Shown here piece after piece: positions 1 to 12,795 of a DNA stretch of 64,000 bases. Below the pieces are notes generated by a model. That model worked only from the letters and a program-made list of their open reading frames with translations. It was not told the origin of the DNA and made no database searches. The number at the start of each line of letters is the position of its first letter. The first letter of the stretch is position 1. Source of the DNA: Antedon mediterranea (taxonomy: Eukaryota > Animalia > Echinodermata); NCBI RefSeq assembly GCF_964355755.1, contig NC_092677.1, forward strand, positions 19,924,101 to 19,988,100. Direction: 5' to 3'. The position numbers and the translations under genes were made by a program.

Positions 1-575
1 AGTAACTATTGGAAACTTTAAAGAATCAGTTTGTGTCGATCGTAAATTTAATAAAGATAACATTTTAGTAGTTAGTATTTACCTTAGCCCAAACAGCAAG
101 GATAACAATACACTATTAAGAGAAATGCTCTTAAAAGCAGATAAATTGTCAAGAGACAACACAATTGTTATAGGAGATTTCAACTTTGGTAATAACGATT
201 GGGAAAACTCTATAAATTTAGGTCGAGAACAACAAGAGAGTGCGCTATTTTTGGAAACTGTGGAAGACATATTTTGGACTCAATGTAAGAGAACCTACAA
301 GAGTTCGTATAAATCAAGAAGCCATATTAGATTTAGTGTATCAAAGACTGAGAACGTAATTGATGATCTGGAAATATCCCCTCCTATTCGTAAAAGCGAC
401 CATGTTGTTATTGTATTTAAATTGAGGATTAATGAGGGTATAAAGGAACATGAAATACCATGTATGAAGAATTATTATAAAGCCAATTACGATAAAATAA
501 GGGAAGAGTTTTCAAATTTTAATATCAAAGAGGAATGTCTTGACGCAATGGGTGAAGAGATATCTCAAAAGATTG

Positions 576-1206
576 AACAAGCACGAATGTGCGATACTCA
601 GGGTACAGCAAAAGAAGCTGTAATGACGTCATAAGACCGGATCTAACGTCACATACACATCAATAACCTTTTTTTAAAAAAAACGTTTAATCCATTTAAA
701 TTACAAATAAATATGGTAATAAGCACAAAGCAAAATAAACATGTGTAAAAGTGATAATTACTGATTACACAAAATAAGTATTTAAAAAAATAATAAAAAC
801 AAGATATACTGTATATCATATTGCGTATACAGTACTTTTCACCATAAAGTTTAAGAAAAAAAAGGTTTCGCCCGGGCTCGAACCGGGGACCTTCTACGTG
901 TACTGTTAAGCAGACGTGATAACCACTACGCCAAGAAGCCGCATATAACAACATAACGCTGTGGTGTGTGTCACATTGTGGCGTCCTAATTAAATAAATT
1001 AATTAACAAAAAAGCAAATTAAAAAATCCGGCTCTATAGCTTTGAGGACATGTCCCTGTAGTATATTCATGCCAAATCCCAGCTCAATACTACAACGAAT
1101 AAGGGAGGAGTAGTAGTTCATAAATCGCACTTTTTACTCAATAGTGTCCAGATGGAAGAAGAAGAGGAGAAGATGAATAAGTCCTAGACTCGGGTACCCC
1201 GAGTAA
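576..1206 (-). mobile_element. Non-autonomous Helentron-type (HINE/DINE-1-like) element carrying a tRNA-Val-like sequence
   Basis: Reverse-complement homologue of 51864-53008. It has the ACTCGGGGTACCCGAGT hairpin end, a sub-terminal GTACCC(C/T)GAGTAT, a GCAC-ATTC-GTGC stem-loop and T-run flanks, with no TSD. Confidence 0.7.
864..939 (-). pseudogene. tRNA-Val(AAC)-like pseudogene
   Basis: TGGCGTAGTGGTTATCACG...TAAC...GGTCCCCGGTTCGAGCCCGGGCGAAACC. A and B boxes are present, but the anticodon arm has extra bases and the acceptor stem is imperfect. Confidence 0.75.
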
Positions 1207-1621
1207 AAAGCTATCAATATATATGTTGAGAAATATGTGCCATTACGAAAAAAAAAGACTATAAATAGGAAGGAGTGGGTAAATATCGAGCTGAAAAAGG
1301 CGCTCAATCTAAAACATAAATTGTGGAACCGATTTAAAAAAAATGCAAGATGAAAATACATGAATAATTATGCTAAACAACAAAATTTTGTTACATGGTT
1401 AGTGAAGCAAGAAAAAAAGAGTTATGAAACTAAAATTGCCAAAGAAATATAAGTGAACCCTAAGAACTTTTGGAAATATGTACAAAGCAAAACGAAATCA
1501 AGACTAGATATTGCGTGTGTGAAGAATAATCTAGGTGAGATGGTGTCAGATGATTATGGGAAAGCAAAAGTGTTCAATAAAGCCTTTGCTTTGTTGTTTT
1601 TACGTTAGAGGACGTTCTTAA

Positions 1622-2746
1622 CCCTTTCACTGCGGAGCATTATTCCCACTTCTGTGCGTAATGTATATTTAAGAAAAACATATGGTATTTTAATAAATTG
1701 CAAAAAAATACTAATTGAGATAATTGTGTAATTATTTTTGTGGTGTGTGATGGGCAAAGGGTTAGTCTACAGTTAGGTATAAAAAAAAAAGTAATTTGCA
1801 TATTGATGACGTCATGTGACGTCATTACAGGTATTTTGGATTTCGTGTTTTTTATCGAATCAATGATAAAAACTATATTTTCTATAAGAAATTCTTATGG
1901 AATACGTTTTTCCAACTGGATATTGATGAAGATACGTATAACAAATAAAAATTTAAAAAAAATTGAATTATTTTTATTGTTTTATAAAAATTATGCACAA
2001 ATCAAAGTTTTGGGGCAAAATCGTGAAAATAATGACATTTTCCAAAAATTCACTATAGTACAAAACTAACTATTGTTTCAGAATTTTTTTTTTTTTGCGT
2101 GTTGTGATAAACACAATGTTGCCCTATTGGGGCTGGTAAATTTTGGTTACTTTCAAAATGGCCGCCATTACGCTACTCAAAACAACTTTCCAAGATAGAA
2201 TACTATTATATACACTATACTATATATAACTATAACTATAGAGGGCGCTTGATTTTCAAGACAATAATACAGCTATAGAGGGCCGTTTTTTTTGCTGGAA
2301 AATTTTTTTAATGACTTGCAAAAATATTCAAGTTCATCGAACAAATATAGAGGGTGCTATATATTATAGGCAAATACGATTAAATCATTGTTTTGCCCAT
2401 ACCCGGTTACCCTGGTTACTTTCAAAATGGCCGCCATTACGCTACTCAAAACAACTTTCCAAGATAGAATACTATTATATACACTATACTATATATAACT
2501 ATAACTATAGAGGGCGCTTGATTTTCAAGACAATAATACAGCTATAGAGGGCCGTTTTTTTTGCTGGAAAAATTTTTTAATGACTTGCAAAAATATTCAA
2601 GTTCATCGAACAAATATAGAGGGTGCTATATATTATAGGCAAATACGATTAAATCATTGTTTTGCCCATACCCGGTATTACCGGGTATACGCACTTCAAC
2701 GACGTTTGTTTATACCCGGTAGTACCGGGTATACGCAGTGAAAGGG
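1622..2746. mobile_element. piggyBac-type MITE with an internal ~270-bp tandem duplication
   Basis: TTAA|CCCTTTCACTGCG ... CGCAGTGAAAGGG|TTAA. A second family member lies inverted at 43010-46266. Confidence 0.88.
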
Positions 2747-2750
2747 TTAA

Positions 2751-3266
2751 TAGGGAGGTTTCGCAATCTTACGAATACGATAACCAAAACGGATACGTCA
2801 CGCACACGTATTCGTTTTTCGTAAGCCAGTAAAAATCTGTTTCGCATGGCAACAAAATATTGAGGGCGCCGTCCGAAATATGAGTGCGGTAAATTTGAGC
2901 GAAGCGCAGGTACGTGTTGCTTGGTGCTTGGCTGCCGGCCTAGGCCTAGCGTAACATCAAAGCGAGTGAGGACTTTAAAAACTGCTATTTATCAAAATTG
3001 ACCTGGCATTTTAATAAATTAGTTTAGTAAATTACTTTCAATAAAAGTATAATTATATTATAATCATGAATCATTTCTGATTCAAATGCAAAATGTGCAA
3101 AATAGATCAAAAACTATACTCGTTTTGTAGTTACGAATATGACTGGTGATATTCGTCAACACGAATACGCTTTACGAATATGAAATGGGGATCAGCTCAA
3201 AAGTTTCACAAATGTGTGACGTATCCGTTTTCGTTATCGTATTCGTAAGGTTGCGAAAGCTCCCTA
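2751..3266. mobile_element. MITE with ~35-bp terminal inverted repeats (TIRs); possibly PIF/Harbinger-ISL2EU-like, superfamily uncertain
   Basis: TAGGGAGGTTTCGCAATCTTACGAATACGATAAC ... GTTATCGTATTCGTAAGGTTGCGAAAGCTCCCTA; inserted in the CR1 remnant. Confidence 0.75.
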
Positions 3267-3668
3267 CTATTCCTGACTTATCATCCCGCTTCTCTGGCCC
3301 CGAATTGGTTACTGTGAAATTCTCAACAGATATAAAATCTTATTTACGGCGCCTGGATATCTGCAAGTCTCCGGGACCAGATGGATTACATTCAAGAGTG
3401 CTTAAGGAACTAAGTAGTGAACTTCGCCATATTTTACAAGTTATGTTTTTAAAATTAGTGGAGAATGGAGTATTACCAAATTCGTGGAAACAAGCCAAAG
3501 TAGTGCCAATTTTTAAGAAAGGTAAAAAATCAGACCCCATAAATTACAGACCAGTCAGCCTTACATCTATAATATGCAAGACCATAAAGATGTTTGTTAG
3601 AAATGTCTTGATGAATCACATGGAAGTTAATCACCTTTTTTCCACCCATCAACATGGCTTCACTCCTT

Positions 3669-4962
3669 CAGGGAAAAATTTCATGGCAAAATTTTGAATA
3701 GCAATAATTGCCAATCAATTTGAAAATTGATTAGAAATTTCAATACATTTGTGTAGCATTTTGTTTGTGTATTTAGAAAGTTATTGTATTTTATATAACA
3801 ATTTGGTAATTACTTAAAAAGGTTGAAGTTAAAAATGTCGCACATTATCCAATGTGCAGGCCAGCAGTATACCAGTAGGCCTGATATTCTGCCCGGGCTA
3901 AGCTTAAATGAAATGTGTGTGGTGCGTCAAGGTACCCTAACTACTGTACTGAAACATGGTATGCATCCAACTAGCCTGGCTCTCATTACAGCATTGGTCG
4001 AAACCAACACATATTATTGCTTTTATTACAAGGTTGAACATATAATATGTGCAAAATGTATGTTCATACTACGAAATTTCGTTATGGATTGGAATTTATG
4101 TTTATTTAAGTAACTTGCTTCCTGGGAAAATATAGGTACTGTATGCTCACTGTGTTATGTTATTTCTGTTGGTTACACTTTGGCACACAGCATTGTTTAC
4201 CGTATTGCTTGAAAGGTGATGCATGCCCCATGATGATGGAACGATTTGCACGGCATGCATTTTGCTGCCCTCAATTATTTAAAAGTAAAAACATGCATGT
4301 CGTCGATCTTTAAAAGAATAATTATATCTCTACTACTTTTCGATGAAATAAACCAAACAACGTAAGTGACGGTTCTTGACTAAAATTTGGAGGCTTCAGA
4401 AGAGCCTGCGATGTCTAGACTAGACTATGTAGCCTTACACTAGTTTTTTATTTTTATTTTATTCAATCGAAACCAACAGCAATAATTACCGCCACTAACA
4501 GGTTTGATACAAACAAAGCCAGGACTGTTAAAAGCACCTTGATCGGTCCGAACATTGATCAAGAGCTTCTCTTGTCCAGTGCCCACCTTGACCAGAGGAA
4601 AGTCATAAGCCAATATGATGTATAAAGGCAGATACTAGATGCAGGGGTTGCCAAAAGAGTCAGCAGTGCTGATTTCAAATGCCTAACAGGACCCCAGCTC
4701 CATATAAAGCACCCTATATTCCCAGATGGTGTCCCATCCAAGCTCTAACCAGGCTCAACGTTGCTTAACTCTTAAATCTGACGAGAACCAGTGTTTCAAC
4801 GTGGTAAAGCCGTATTAAGGTACCTAGGCCTAGGTCTGGCCTATAGCTAGCCGTTGTTCATTGTTGTATCACGAAACCATGCGATCCATTTCAGTAATCG
4901 CGTAGCAATTGTTTTATTTTATGTCGCGATTTGTGATGCGATACTGGCGAAATTTTTCCCTG
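3669..4962. mobile_element. hAT-like non-autonomous element
   Basis: TIRs CAGGGAAAAATTTC / GAAATTTTTCCCTG interrupt the CR1 HGF-R codons. The TSD is degenerate. A related end occurs at ~55490-55508. Confidence 0.7.
4444..4814 (-). mobile_element. 5S rRNA-derived SINE (SINE3-like): 5S head at 4709-4814, body, A-rich tail
   Basis: The reverse strand reads TACGGCTTTACCACGTTGAAACACTGGTTCTCGTCAGA...AGTTAAGCAACG...GGTTAGAGCTTGGATGGG...CTGGGAATA, a degenerate 5S. It is followed by ~245 bp of body and AATAAAAATAAAAATAAAAA. Confidence 0.75.
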
Positions 4963-5646
4963 GGCTTTAGATCAGGTTGTTCATGTAGTTTTAGAACAAT
5001 AGACCAAATGGATTGAAGAGGGTGAATGTTTTGATTGCATCTTTCTAGATTTCAAAAAAGCGTTTGACAGTGTACCAAATGAAAGGCGTACGGCATTGGA
5101 GGAAATTTATTAAAATGGATTAGAGCATTTATTTCTTGACGGACACAACAAGTGGTGTTAAATCGAGTTCATTCAGAAAGCCTGAGAGAGTTAGTAGAGG
5201 AGACCCACAGGGCAGCGTGCTTGGTCCTGCACTGTTCAATATATTTATTAATGATCTCCCTAAAAGAGTTTTTTGCAAATGATACCAAAATGTACAACTT
5301 GGTAAACAGTGTGGAAGAATCAAATGGATTACAGGAAGATCTGAATAAATTATTTGCATGGTGAGAGAAATGGCTTCTCCTTTCAACCTAATAAAATGTA
5401 AAATTATGCATTTTGGAAGAAAGAATAGGAAAGTTGTCTATCATATGGGCACTGATCAAAGGAAAATTCCAATTCAATCAGTGGAATCAATAACAGATTT
5501 GGGAATCATACTTGACAACAAATTGTCCTTTGGATTACATGTTGCACAGAAGGCTTCTATGGCAAATAGAAAATTAGGAATGATAAAATGAATGTTTCAT
5601 TATCTCGATAACCATTCTTTCATGCAGCTGTATAATCAATCCCTTT

Positions 5647-6065
5647 AATTAGCGACCATTATATTATTTGGTATGAGTAAAAGACAAGAATAATAAAGTT
5701 TTTAATTATGTGACAAAAAATGAGTAACTGTACTGGTACTGCTGGTCCTCTTCCAATTAAAGATCACTATACTTAAAGACACCTCCAATTAGCGAACATA
5801 ATATTATTTGGTATGAGTAAAGACAAGAATAATAAAGTTTTTAATTATGTGACAAAAAACAAGTAACTGTACTGGTCCTCTTCCAACTAAAGATCACTTT
5901 ACTTTAAGACACTTCCAATTAGCGACCATTATATTATTTGGTATGAGCAAAGACGAGAATAATAAATAGTTTTTAACTGTGAAAAAAAAAAAAGAACTTT
6001 ACTGGTCCTCTTCAAATTAAAGATCACTATACTTAAAGACTCAAATTAGTGACCATTATACTTTT
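5647..6065. repeat. Tandem repeat, ~130-140-bp unit, ~3 copies
   Basis: Recurring ATTAGCGACCATTATATTATTTGGTATGAG...ACTGGTCCTCTTCCAATTAAAGATCAC. Confidence 0.85.
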
Positions 6066-6399
6066 TGTTATGTCCATTCACTTCAATTGATATGGCTGAA
6101 CTCTGGTCTGTGAAACAACAGGTTTTATTGTAATTTGATAGACTAGGCCTATTTCTCCTCATATAAACAATAATAATAATATTTATTTGGATCGACATGT
6201 TTTGCGATTCAAGTTGATATTCTAAGGAATTATAAATACCCTAAATGGGAGTTGAATGTCCAGTGGCCTAATTGTTACAGGATAAAGGTGATTGTGACAG
6301 TCGAGGGACCTATTTTGTTACCGATGAAAACTTCCCGGGTGGTTGCAACCATTTTCAACAGCTGGTGTTATACTATTCAATGCTGAAAATTGTCTGGTA

Positions 6400-7812
6400 A
6401 AAAATTGCGCGCCCGTAGGAATTTTTGACATGCTCAAAATGACAAGAAACGCATAAAAAGTTGATTAGAAATTAATTTTGCGCATTTTGAAATTTTAAAT
6501 GCGCGTGCGCGCGTAACTTCTTGTGAAACATGCCATTTTTAATCCGTAGAAAGTTTGCCCCTGATATGACTTAAATTTTGTCAAAGTGTCAATACTAAAT
6601 GACTTTTGGTTTTTAATCTATGATCAATCATTGAAATTCATAAAATTGCGCGTAAGTCACGTTGCGCAACTATGACGTCATTCAAAAAAAGGAGGTGCAC
6701 AACTTCACGTAAATGCCCATATGTTGTCAAAGTTATGAAATGTTATGTTTACACATTTTAGAGAAACGCGATCCACAAAAAGGAAGGATGGAAAGAAGAA
6801 CTAGACATGAAACTCGTCACTTTGACGAGTTAGTTATCCGCTCGACAAACGCCACGTGCACGTCATACGTTGGAATGTTGCACACAGAAAAAGATTATGG
6901 CATTATGACCTGAACTGAAGAATATGATATGTTGTTAGTGCTAAATTCTGTCTATTTTGTGTCATTTAGTACACAGTATAATCTGTATACACGTAATTTA
7001 AATTTTTAGGCATGAAGATGTCATAAAAATGAAATATCTTTAACTCATGTATAAGATAGTTGATTGACCTAGACAATATTAAAATCTCGGAGAAAAAGGA
7101 ATACAGATAAGCGTGATGCGCTCCATTTAATGTGATGAGCAATAAAGGAAAGAGACAAAAATCATACATTTACATTCGTGTGGCCATACGATGATGTCAC
7201 AATGTCCGGTTAGGCATATTGATTAATGATCCGATATCTACAACTCATCACCTACCAGAATATGTAAGTAAAAAAAAGTTTACCTCGTAGTTTAGAATCT
7301 ATGATTGTTTAAAAAAAGGCATAATTTTTACGAATTTTTGAATTTTTTCATTAAAAACACGCACAAATTGTACAATTCGACATGCTCGTATGACGTAATT
7401 TTAAGTCTAAATTGTTTTAAAATTTGATAAAATTACTATAAAAGGCTGGAAAAACATAATTCACGCAAAAAAGATGTTTTTAGCGCTACGTGCGGACCAC
7501 GCGCGTAAGATTGTTCGCGCGCGTGGGAATTTTTGACATGCTCAAAATGTCATGATCAGCGTAGAAAGTTGATTAGAAATTAATTTTGCGCATTTTAAAT
7601 TTTAAATGGGCGTGCGCGCGTAACTTCGTGTAAAACATGCCATTTTTAGTGCACAAAAAGTTAGCGCAAGATATAAATTAAACTTTTGCTAAGTTTCAAC
7701 TTAAATTGTTATATGGTTTTCAATCTATGTTAAATACGGGAAATTCATAAAATCACGCGTAAGTCACGTTACGCATTTCTAACGTCATTCACAACTTCAC
7801 GTGAATGCCCAT
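6400..7812 (+). repeat. Dispersed repeat family (copies at ~6400-6835 and ~7500-7812, a further piece at ~9550-9770), probably Helitron/Helentron-like; a second repeat at ~6930-7265 matches ~56680-57270
   Basis: Shared GGAATTTTTGACATGCTCAAAATG...GCGTGCGCGCGTAAC...CACAACTTCACGT. Terminal hairpins AACTCGTCA-CTT-TGACGAGTT and AGTTATCCGCT-ACTA-AGCGGATAACT. Confidence 0.55.
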
Positions 7813-9898
7813 ACAGTACAGGACAGAATTATTGCAAAAATCCCAACGCATTCAACACGTTGTCGTTGCGTTGTGTTTGCGTTGCGTTGAACGGCTTTCA
7901 ACGTTTAGTTGTTTATTCAACGAAAGTCATTATCAGCATGTCAAGTAAACAATGAGTTATTTCAACGCTAGCTGCTGCAGCACTAGACTGGCCGATTGCA
8001 CGCCTGAACGATCAGTAACAACAACAGGCAAAATACCTATCGGCAGTCACTACCAGATATTTTAATATAAATAAAATATATATGAAGCTTAGATATATTT
8101 TAAAGTATTGAACGGACAGTTACCAAATAAAACACACAGTGATATTTCCCAGTGTTTAGTGAAGGAAAACATCGAATAATAAGGTCGATGCCAAGTCTAA
8201 CAGTTAACACTGTACTGTAGGCCTTCCGGGGGAAAACACGATCTCACGTCGTAAAATCAAACAACGTGGAAATTACTGACATCAACACACGAGGCCGCCA
8301 CCCCGGTTTCCTCAAGAAAAACACCACGTGTGTTATGACGTATTTAACGATAGTTAATGACGACGAAGTAATTAATTTTATTTAGGCCTACATTTTTTAG
8401 CTGTTCGAGATTCAAGAGATAAAGTTAAAATATTGTTTCTCTATTTTGGTTTTTATTTTATAATTGTCCCATTGTTTGTTGTAATGTAATTTGAAAGAAC
8501 TAAAAAATTTGACATGTCCGACACCCATGAACCAAATCTTTATAAATCGAACAACATTACATTTTAAAGTACAACAAGCGTTTTGAATACGTTAACAATA
8601 GAGCGTGTTGAATGTGTTGAACCCGTTGACCGTTCATTGAAGACGTTAAACAATTGAATTCCATAGCGTTGAACGCGTTGAAAACTTTGCGCGTTTTGAA
8701 AAGCATCACACTGTAACTGTTTAAAATGTTGGCTGTTCGCTCGCATATTCTCGCAACTCCCATCCATTCATACAGTTTCAGGAGGAGGCCAATATAATTA
8801 TACAGTATTAAGAAACAATAGTATGTTAAAGAGAAAACGCCTAAACCTCGCCTATAATAATATATTGTCTTGCATCAGAATAATGTGGTTCTTTATTCTG
8901 AATTGTTTGGTTATTCAAATATTTGTGGGTTACACCTAGGCGTGAATAATATGGTATGGCACAGGTTTTGATTTTAAAGAAAACGCCTAACATTGCCTAT
9001 TGTCATCAGATTGGTCATTCCTATTTCTTGGTTATATTTAACGCTTTTCTCTACATGGGTTACGTTAGGCATCACAATAATTAATTTATAATATAATACA
9101 TGATAATGATATATTTATGGATAATAATAAAACTAAACGATTTTTTCCCTTTTAATTACGCGTTATTTCATAATGAATGAACTCTTCACCTTTCGATCAG
9201 TTCGTCCCTCACGTCACGAAAAGCATGCGTGAAAAAGACGACGACCATGCTGGATCGTGACGTTATGTTGGTGGTGTATTGTTGCCTTCCACGGCGGCGG
9301 GTGTAGGCTACGTTGTTTTTATAAATAATCGAGAAAAATGTAGTACAGTTCTGCGAAGTTTTTAGTTTGGAAATAATTAATTACGATGTGACCTAGCCTC
9401 CAAGATTCACCGCCGCCTTAACTTTGGTATTTAATACTCCAGTTAATATAGGCACACAGTAATTGAGGACATGACCACTACTTTAACTGCGATGGCAGAC
9501 GCGGCTCATATACACACATGGCCTATAAGCGAGACACAAAAATAGAGGAGAAATGCGCGTGCGCGCGTAACGTCTTGTAAAACATGGCATTTTTAAAGCT
9601 GCACAACTTCACGTAAATGCCCATATGTTGACAAAGTTATGAAATGTTATGTTTACAAGTTTTTGAGATACGTGAGACACAAAAATGGAGGAGAAAGAAA
9701 TAAGATAAAAAAAAAAAAAGTAACAGGACGATTACAAGGAGTTATCCGCTACTAAGCGGATAACTAATAATACAGAAAAAAACTGTTTATCTCATACAAT
9801 AACAAGCGGATAACTAAATATGTACTTAAAAAATACTACCACCACTGTGATAAAATGTAAATCTATCACTGAAATTAAAATGGAATATTTTTACTCAC

Positions 9899-9957
9899 CA
9901 ATTTCAGTTGTCAAACAATTGACTTTTGTATACTGTAATTAAAGTTTGTAAAAATAC
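9899..9957 (-). other. Putative small exon of an unidentified minus-strand gene
   Basis: Acceptor CTGTTTTCAG and donor G|GTGAGT bracket 59 nt of non-repeat sequence. Confidence 0.3.
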
Positions 9958-11369
9958 CTGAAAACAGTTTAATCCATTAGAAATTGCTTGATCATGTGAC
10001 CTGCAAATGCATGAATGGGCCAATCAGCAGCCAAATAAATGACGTCATGTGATATTCATTCTAAACTATTTAAGCGTCGGATTTTCAGATATTAGAAATC
10101 CACTCAAACACGCCTATAAATATGTTTATAATTTGTAATTAAAACTACACAAAATTATCTTATGTTTTGAATATTCAAACGCATATCGTTAATTAAACAC
10201 TAAAAATATTGCCGTTACATTACTGTTACGAAAGCCGGTTTCGATTATGCCAATAAGCCTACCGCCGTCAGATATCAGTATTATAGGCAGGGCTGCAAAT
10301 TAAGGGGTATTTGGTAATTTTTCTGTTTGCGACTAAAGAAACAGAATAGGTCGCGCATAGCGCGACAAGATCGTCTGCTTGTGCGAGTTGTTTCAAATTG
10401 AAGTCAGGTGTGTTTTCCCTATTTCAAACACTGTGTAATTTAATCTCTCTACTACGGAAGGCTCAGGAGTTTCCACTAGTCACCACCGCCGCAAAGGAGT
10501 CAGGTTCATTCAAGCGTACAAAGCCCCTAAACATTTTACACTCGTTGTGATTGGAAGTTCGTCCATTTATTGCATGCTGCCTTACCCAATCACACAAAAG
10601 GACACCAAACACACAGCACTAATGACGCGCGGACAACACAAACCTCGTGGAAAATCACCTCTGTTTTAAAGAAGGAATATAAAAACAATTGTACCGCCCA
10701 TAGTTGCCATTTCTGGCATTATTATGCTTTTTGGCATTATTTAGAGGCCCACGGCGTCTGGCATAATGCCGCGGCATTATTTAGCCGTTTTTAGCATAAT
10801 CTGGCATAATTTTGTGTTTTTTGAACAACCAAAAAAATAATACACCACAGAACAAAAATAAAATATTTTGTTTAATCTTGCAATTTAATACATATCACCT
10901 TACACAATATCATATCGTACAAAACAGATCTGTTCGGGTTTTCCGTACAATAGTTCTTCCATCCTTTTGTTTGGGACTTAAATAGACTCTTCGGATAGGA
11001 AGGCTGCTCGAAAACTACCGTGTGTGCGATATAGGCAGCACAACAAATCTAGCTATGGCTAGCTATGTTGCTCTATTTCAGAGACCATGCAGGTTATTGG
11101 ATCCCCAGATATAGAGACAATTGAACGAAAACATTATGAAAGGGGTTTTGTTGTTTCAGTTCATAATTATAAGTGGCCGCACCCCTACCCCAACCCTTGA
11201 AATGGCAATTTCCAGTAACTAATTAGAAGCTCTAATTTTAAAAAGAATTTCTTCTAGGAGAATTTGTTTTCCATATTTCAAATTATGTTCCATTTGCATC
11301 GTCGTAGCAACCCTATTTTTCCAAATGTTCTTCACCTCTCAGCCCCAGTAGTGACCATGTGGGCGAGGT

Positions 11370-12063
11370 AATTTTTATTTAAAATTAAGTGCCATTTCCG
11401 CCCATCGAGCAGCTCTATTTTTCCATTTTTTTTTTTACCTCAGCCCCAACCATGGTGGGGCTGAGGTCATGGAGACACTTAATATATATTTTTATTTCCT
11501 ATTTTAAATTATAATTGCCATTTTCAAAACTATGATGGGCTAAGATCCTGGAGGTACTAATAAATATATTTTTATTTCATATTTGAAATTAAGTGCCATT
11601 TCCGCCCATTGAGCAGCTCTATTTTCCCAAATTTTCTTACCTCAGCACCAGCCATGGTGGAGCTGAGGTCCTGGAGACACTTATATATTTTTATTTCCTA
11701 TTTTAAATTATAATTGCCATTTTCGAACTATGGTGGGCTAAGATCCTGGAGGTACTAATAAATATATTTTTATTTCATATCTGAAATTAAGTGCCATTTC
11801 AGGCCGTCGAGCAGCTCTATTTTCCAAATGTTTGTACCTCAGTCCCAACCATGGTGGGGCTGAGGTCCTGGAGACACTTAATATATATTTTGATTTCCTA
11901 TTTTCAATGATAATTGCCATTTTCGAACTATGGTGGGCTAAGATCCTTGAGACACTAATAAATATATTTTTATTTCATATTTTAAATTAAGTAACATTTC
12001 CGGCCATCAGCATTTTTCAAAATTTTCTTATCAACCATGGTGGGGCTGAGGTCCTGGAGACAC
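11370..12063. repeat. Tandem repeat, ~200-bp unit, ~3.5 copies (continues after 12799)
   Basis: Recurring AAATTAAGTGCCATTTCCG...CCATGGTGGGGCTGAGGTCCTGGAGACACTT...GGGCTAAGATCC. Confidence 0.85.
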
Positions 12064-12067
12064 TTAA

Positions 12068-12795
12068 CACTTTCACCGCCAGGCATTCAACAAAGGAAGT
12101 ACCCCTCACCGCCAGCCATTTTAGATAAATTTACCTGTTTTTCAAAGCTCATAGCAAAGGTGTTTGTAATCAGAATAACAAGCAATATACACTCAAATAA
12201 TGAGATAGAAATAAACTTTCCAATGGTACCAAACACTTTATTGAAATAAAACTGTAATATCACATAATTGTACAAAGAACTTGGCTCACTTTTAGCACTT
12301 TAGGTTCAATCGGAGAACAAAGCAGAGATAATGAGGTTTTTAGCCTGGCTGCACCGTCTGTCAGTGTCACGTTTCTCAACCTATTCTACAAACTAGTCTA
12401 AGCCAGGCTAGCTAAATTATCTCCAAATATTTATTACATTTTATAAACCAGATTTAGGTACAAATATACCTTCATCATCTGGGGATAATAAATACTCATT
12501 TTCAGAGTCAGAGTCGGCAAATATTTCTGCAATTGCTTCGTCTGCAGTAAGCACATTATGTTGTTTACGGATAGGACGCGATGTAGGCCAGCTGGGTCAT
12601 TGGCACTAGGGGTTAATAAAGTATCAAAATATTTGCGGTCCAGGTCGATTTGGATGTTGAAATTTTTATATGCGGTCCATATATACATGATCTAACAAAT
12701 TGTGCAATAAAAAGCCAAAGACGGAAATTTCCGTCTTTGGCGGTCTGGCGCTGGGCATCGAAAGACGGAGATTTCCGTCTTTGGCGGTGAAAGTG
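12068..12795. mobile_element. piggyBac-type MITE
   Basis: TTAA|CACTTTCACCGCCA ... TGGCGGTGAAAGTG|TTAA. Confidence 0.88.

Larger units (their letters stand above)
1..5632 (+). mobile_element. Decayed CR1-clade LINE ORF2 split into four pieces (1-575, 1206-1617, 3267-3668, 4963-5632) by nested insertions
   Basis: Endonuclease motifs IVIGDFN and SDH, then KSPGPDGLHSRVLKEL, W-KQAKVVPIFKKGKKSDPINYRPVSLTS, DFKKAFDSV, PQGSVLGP and RT C-terminal segments. These occur in colinear order with stops and frameshifts. Confidence 0.9.

Noticed and set aside
1740-2547. ORFs repeated at 44408-44623 and 45909-46136 suggesting a duplicated gene
   Set aside because: Both lie within copies of the same TTAA-flanked MITE and have no protein motifs.
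4709-4814. Functional 5S rRNA gene
   Set aside because: Many substitutions and indels, eroded ends, not in a tandem array, and followed by a SINE-like body and tail.
7818-8768. Possible insertion flanked by a CATACAGT direct repeat, with inverted CAACG-rich ends
   Set aside because: No convincing TIR; the boundaries and class could not be supported by eye.
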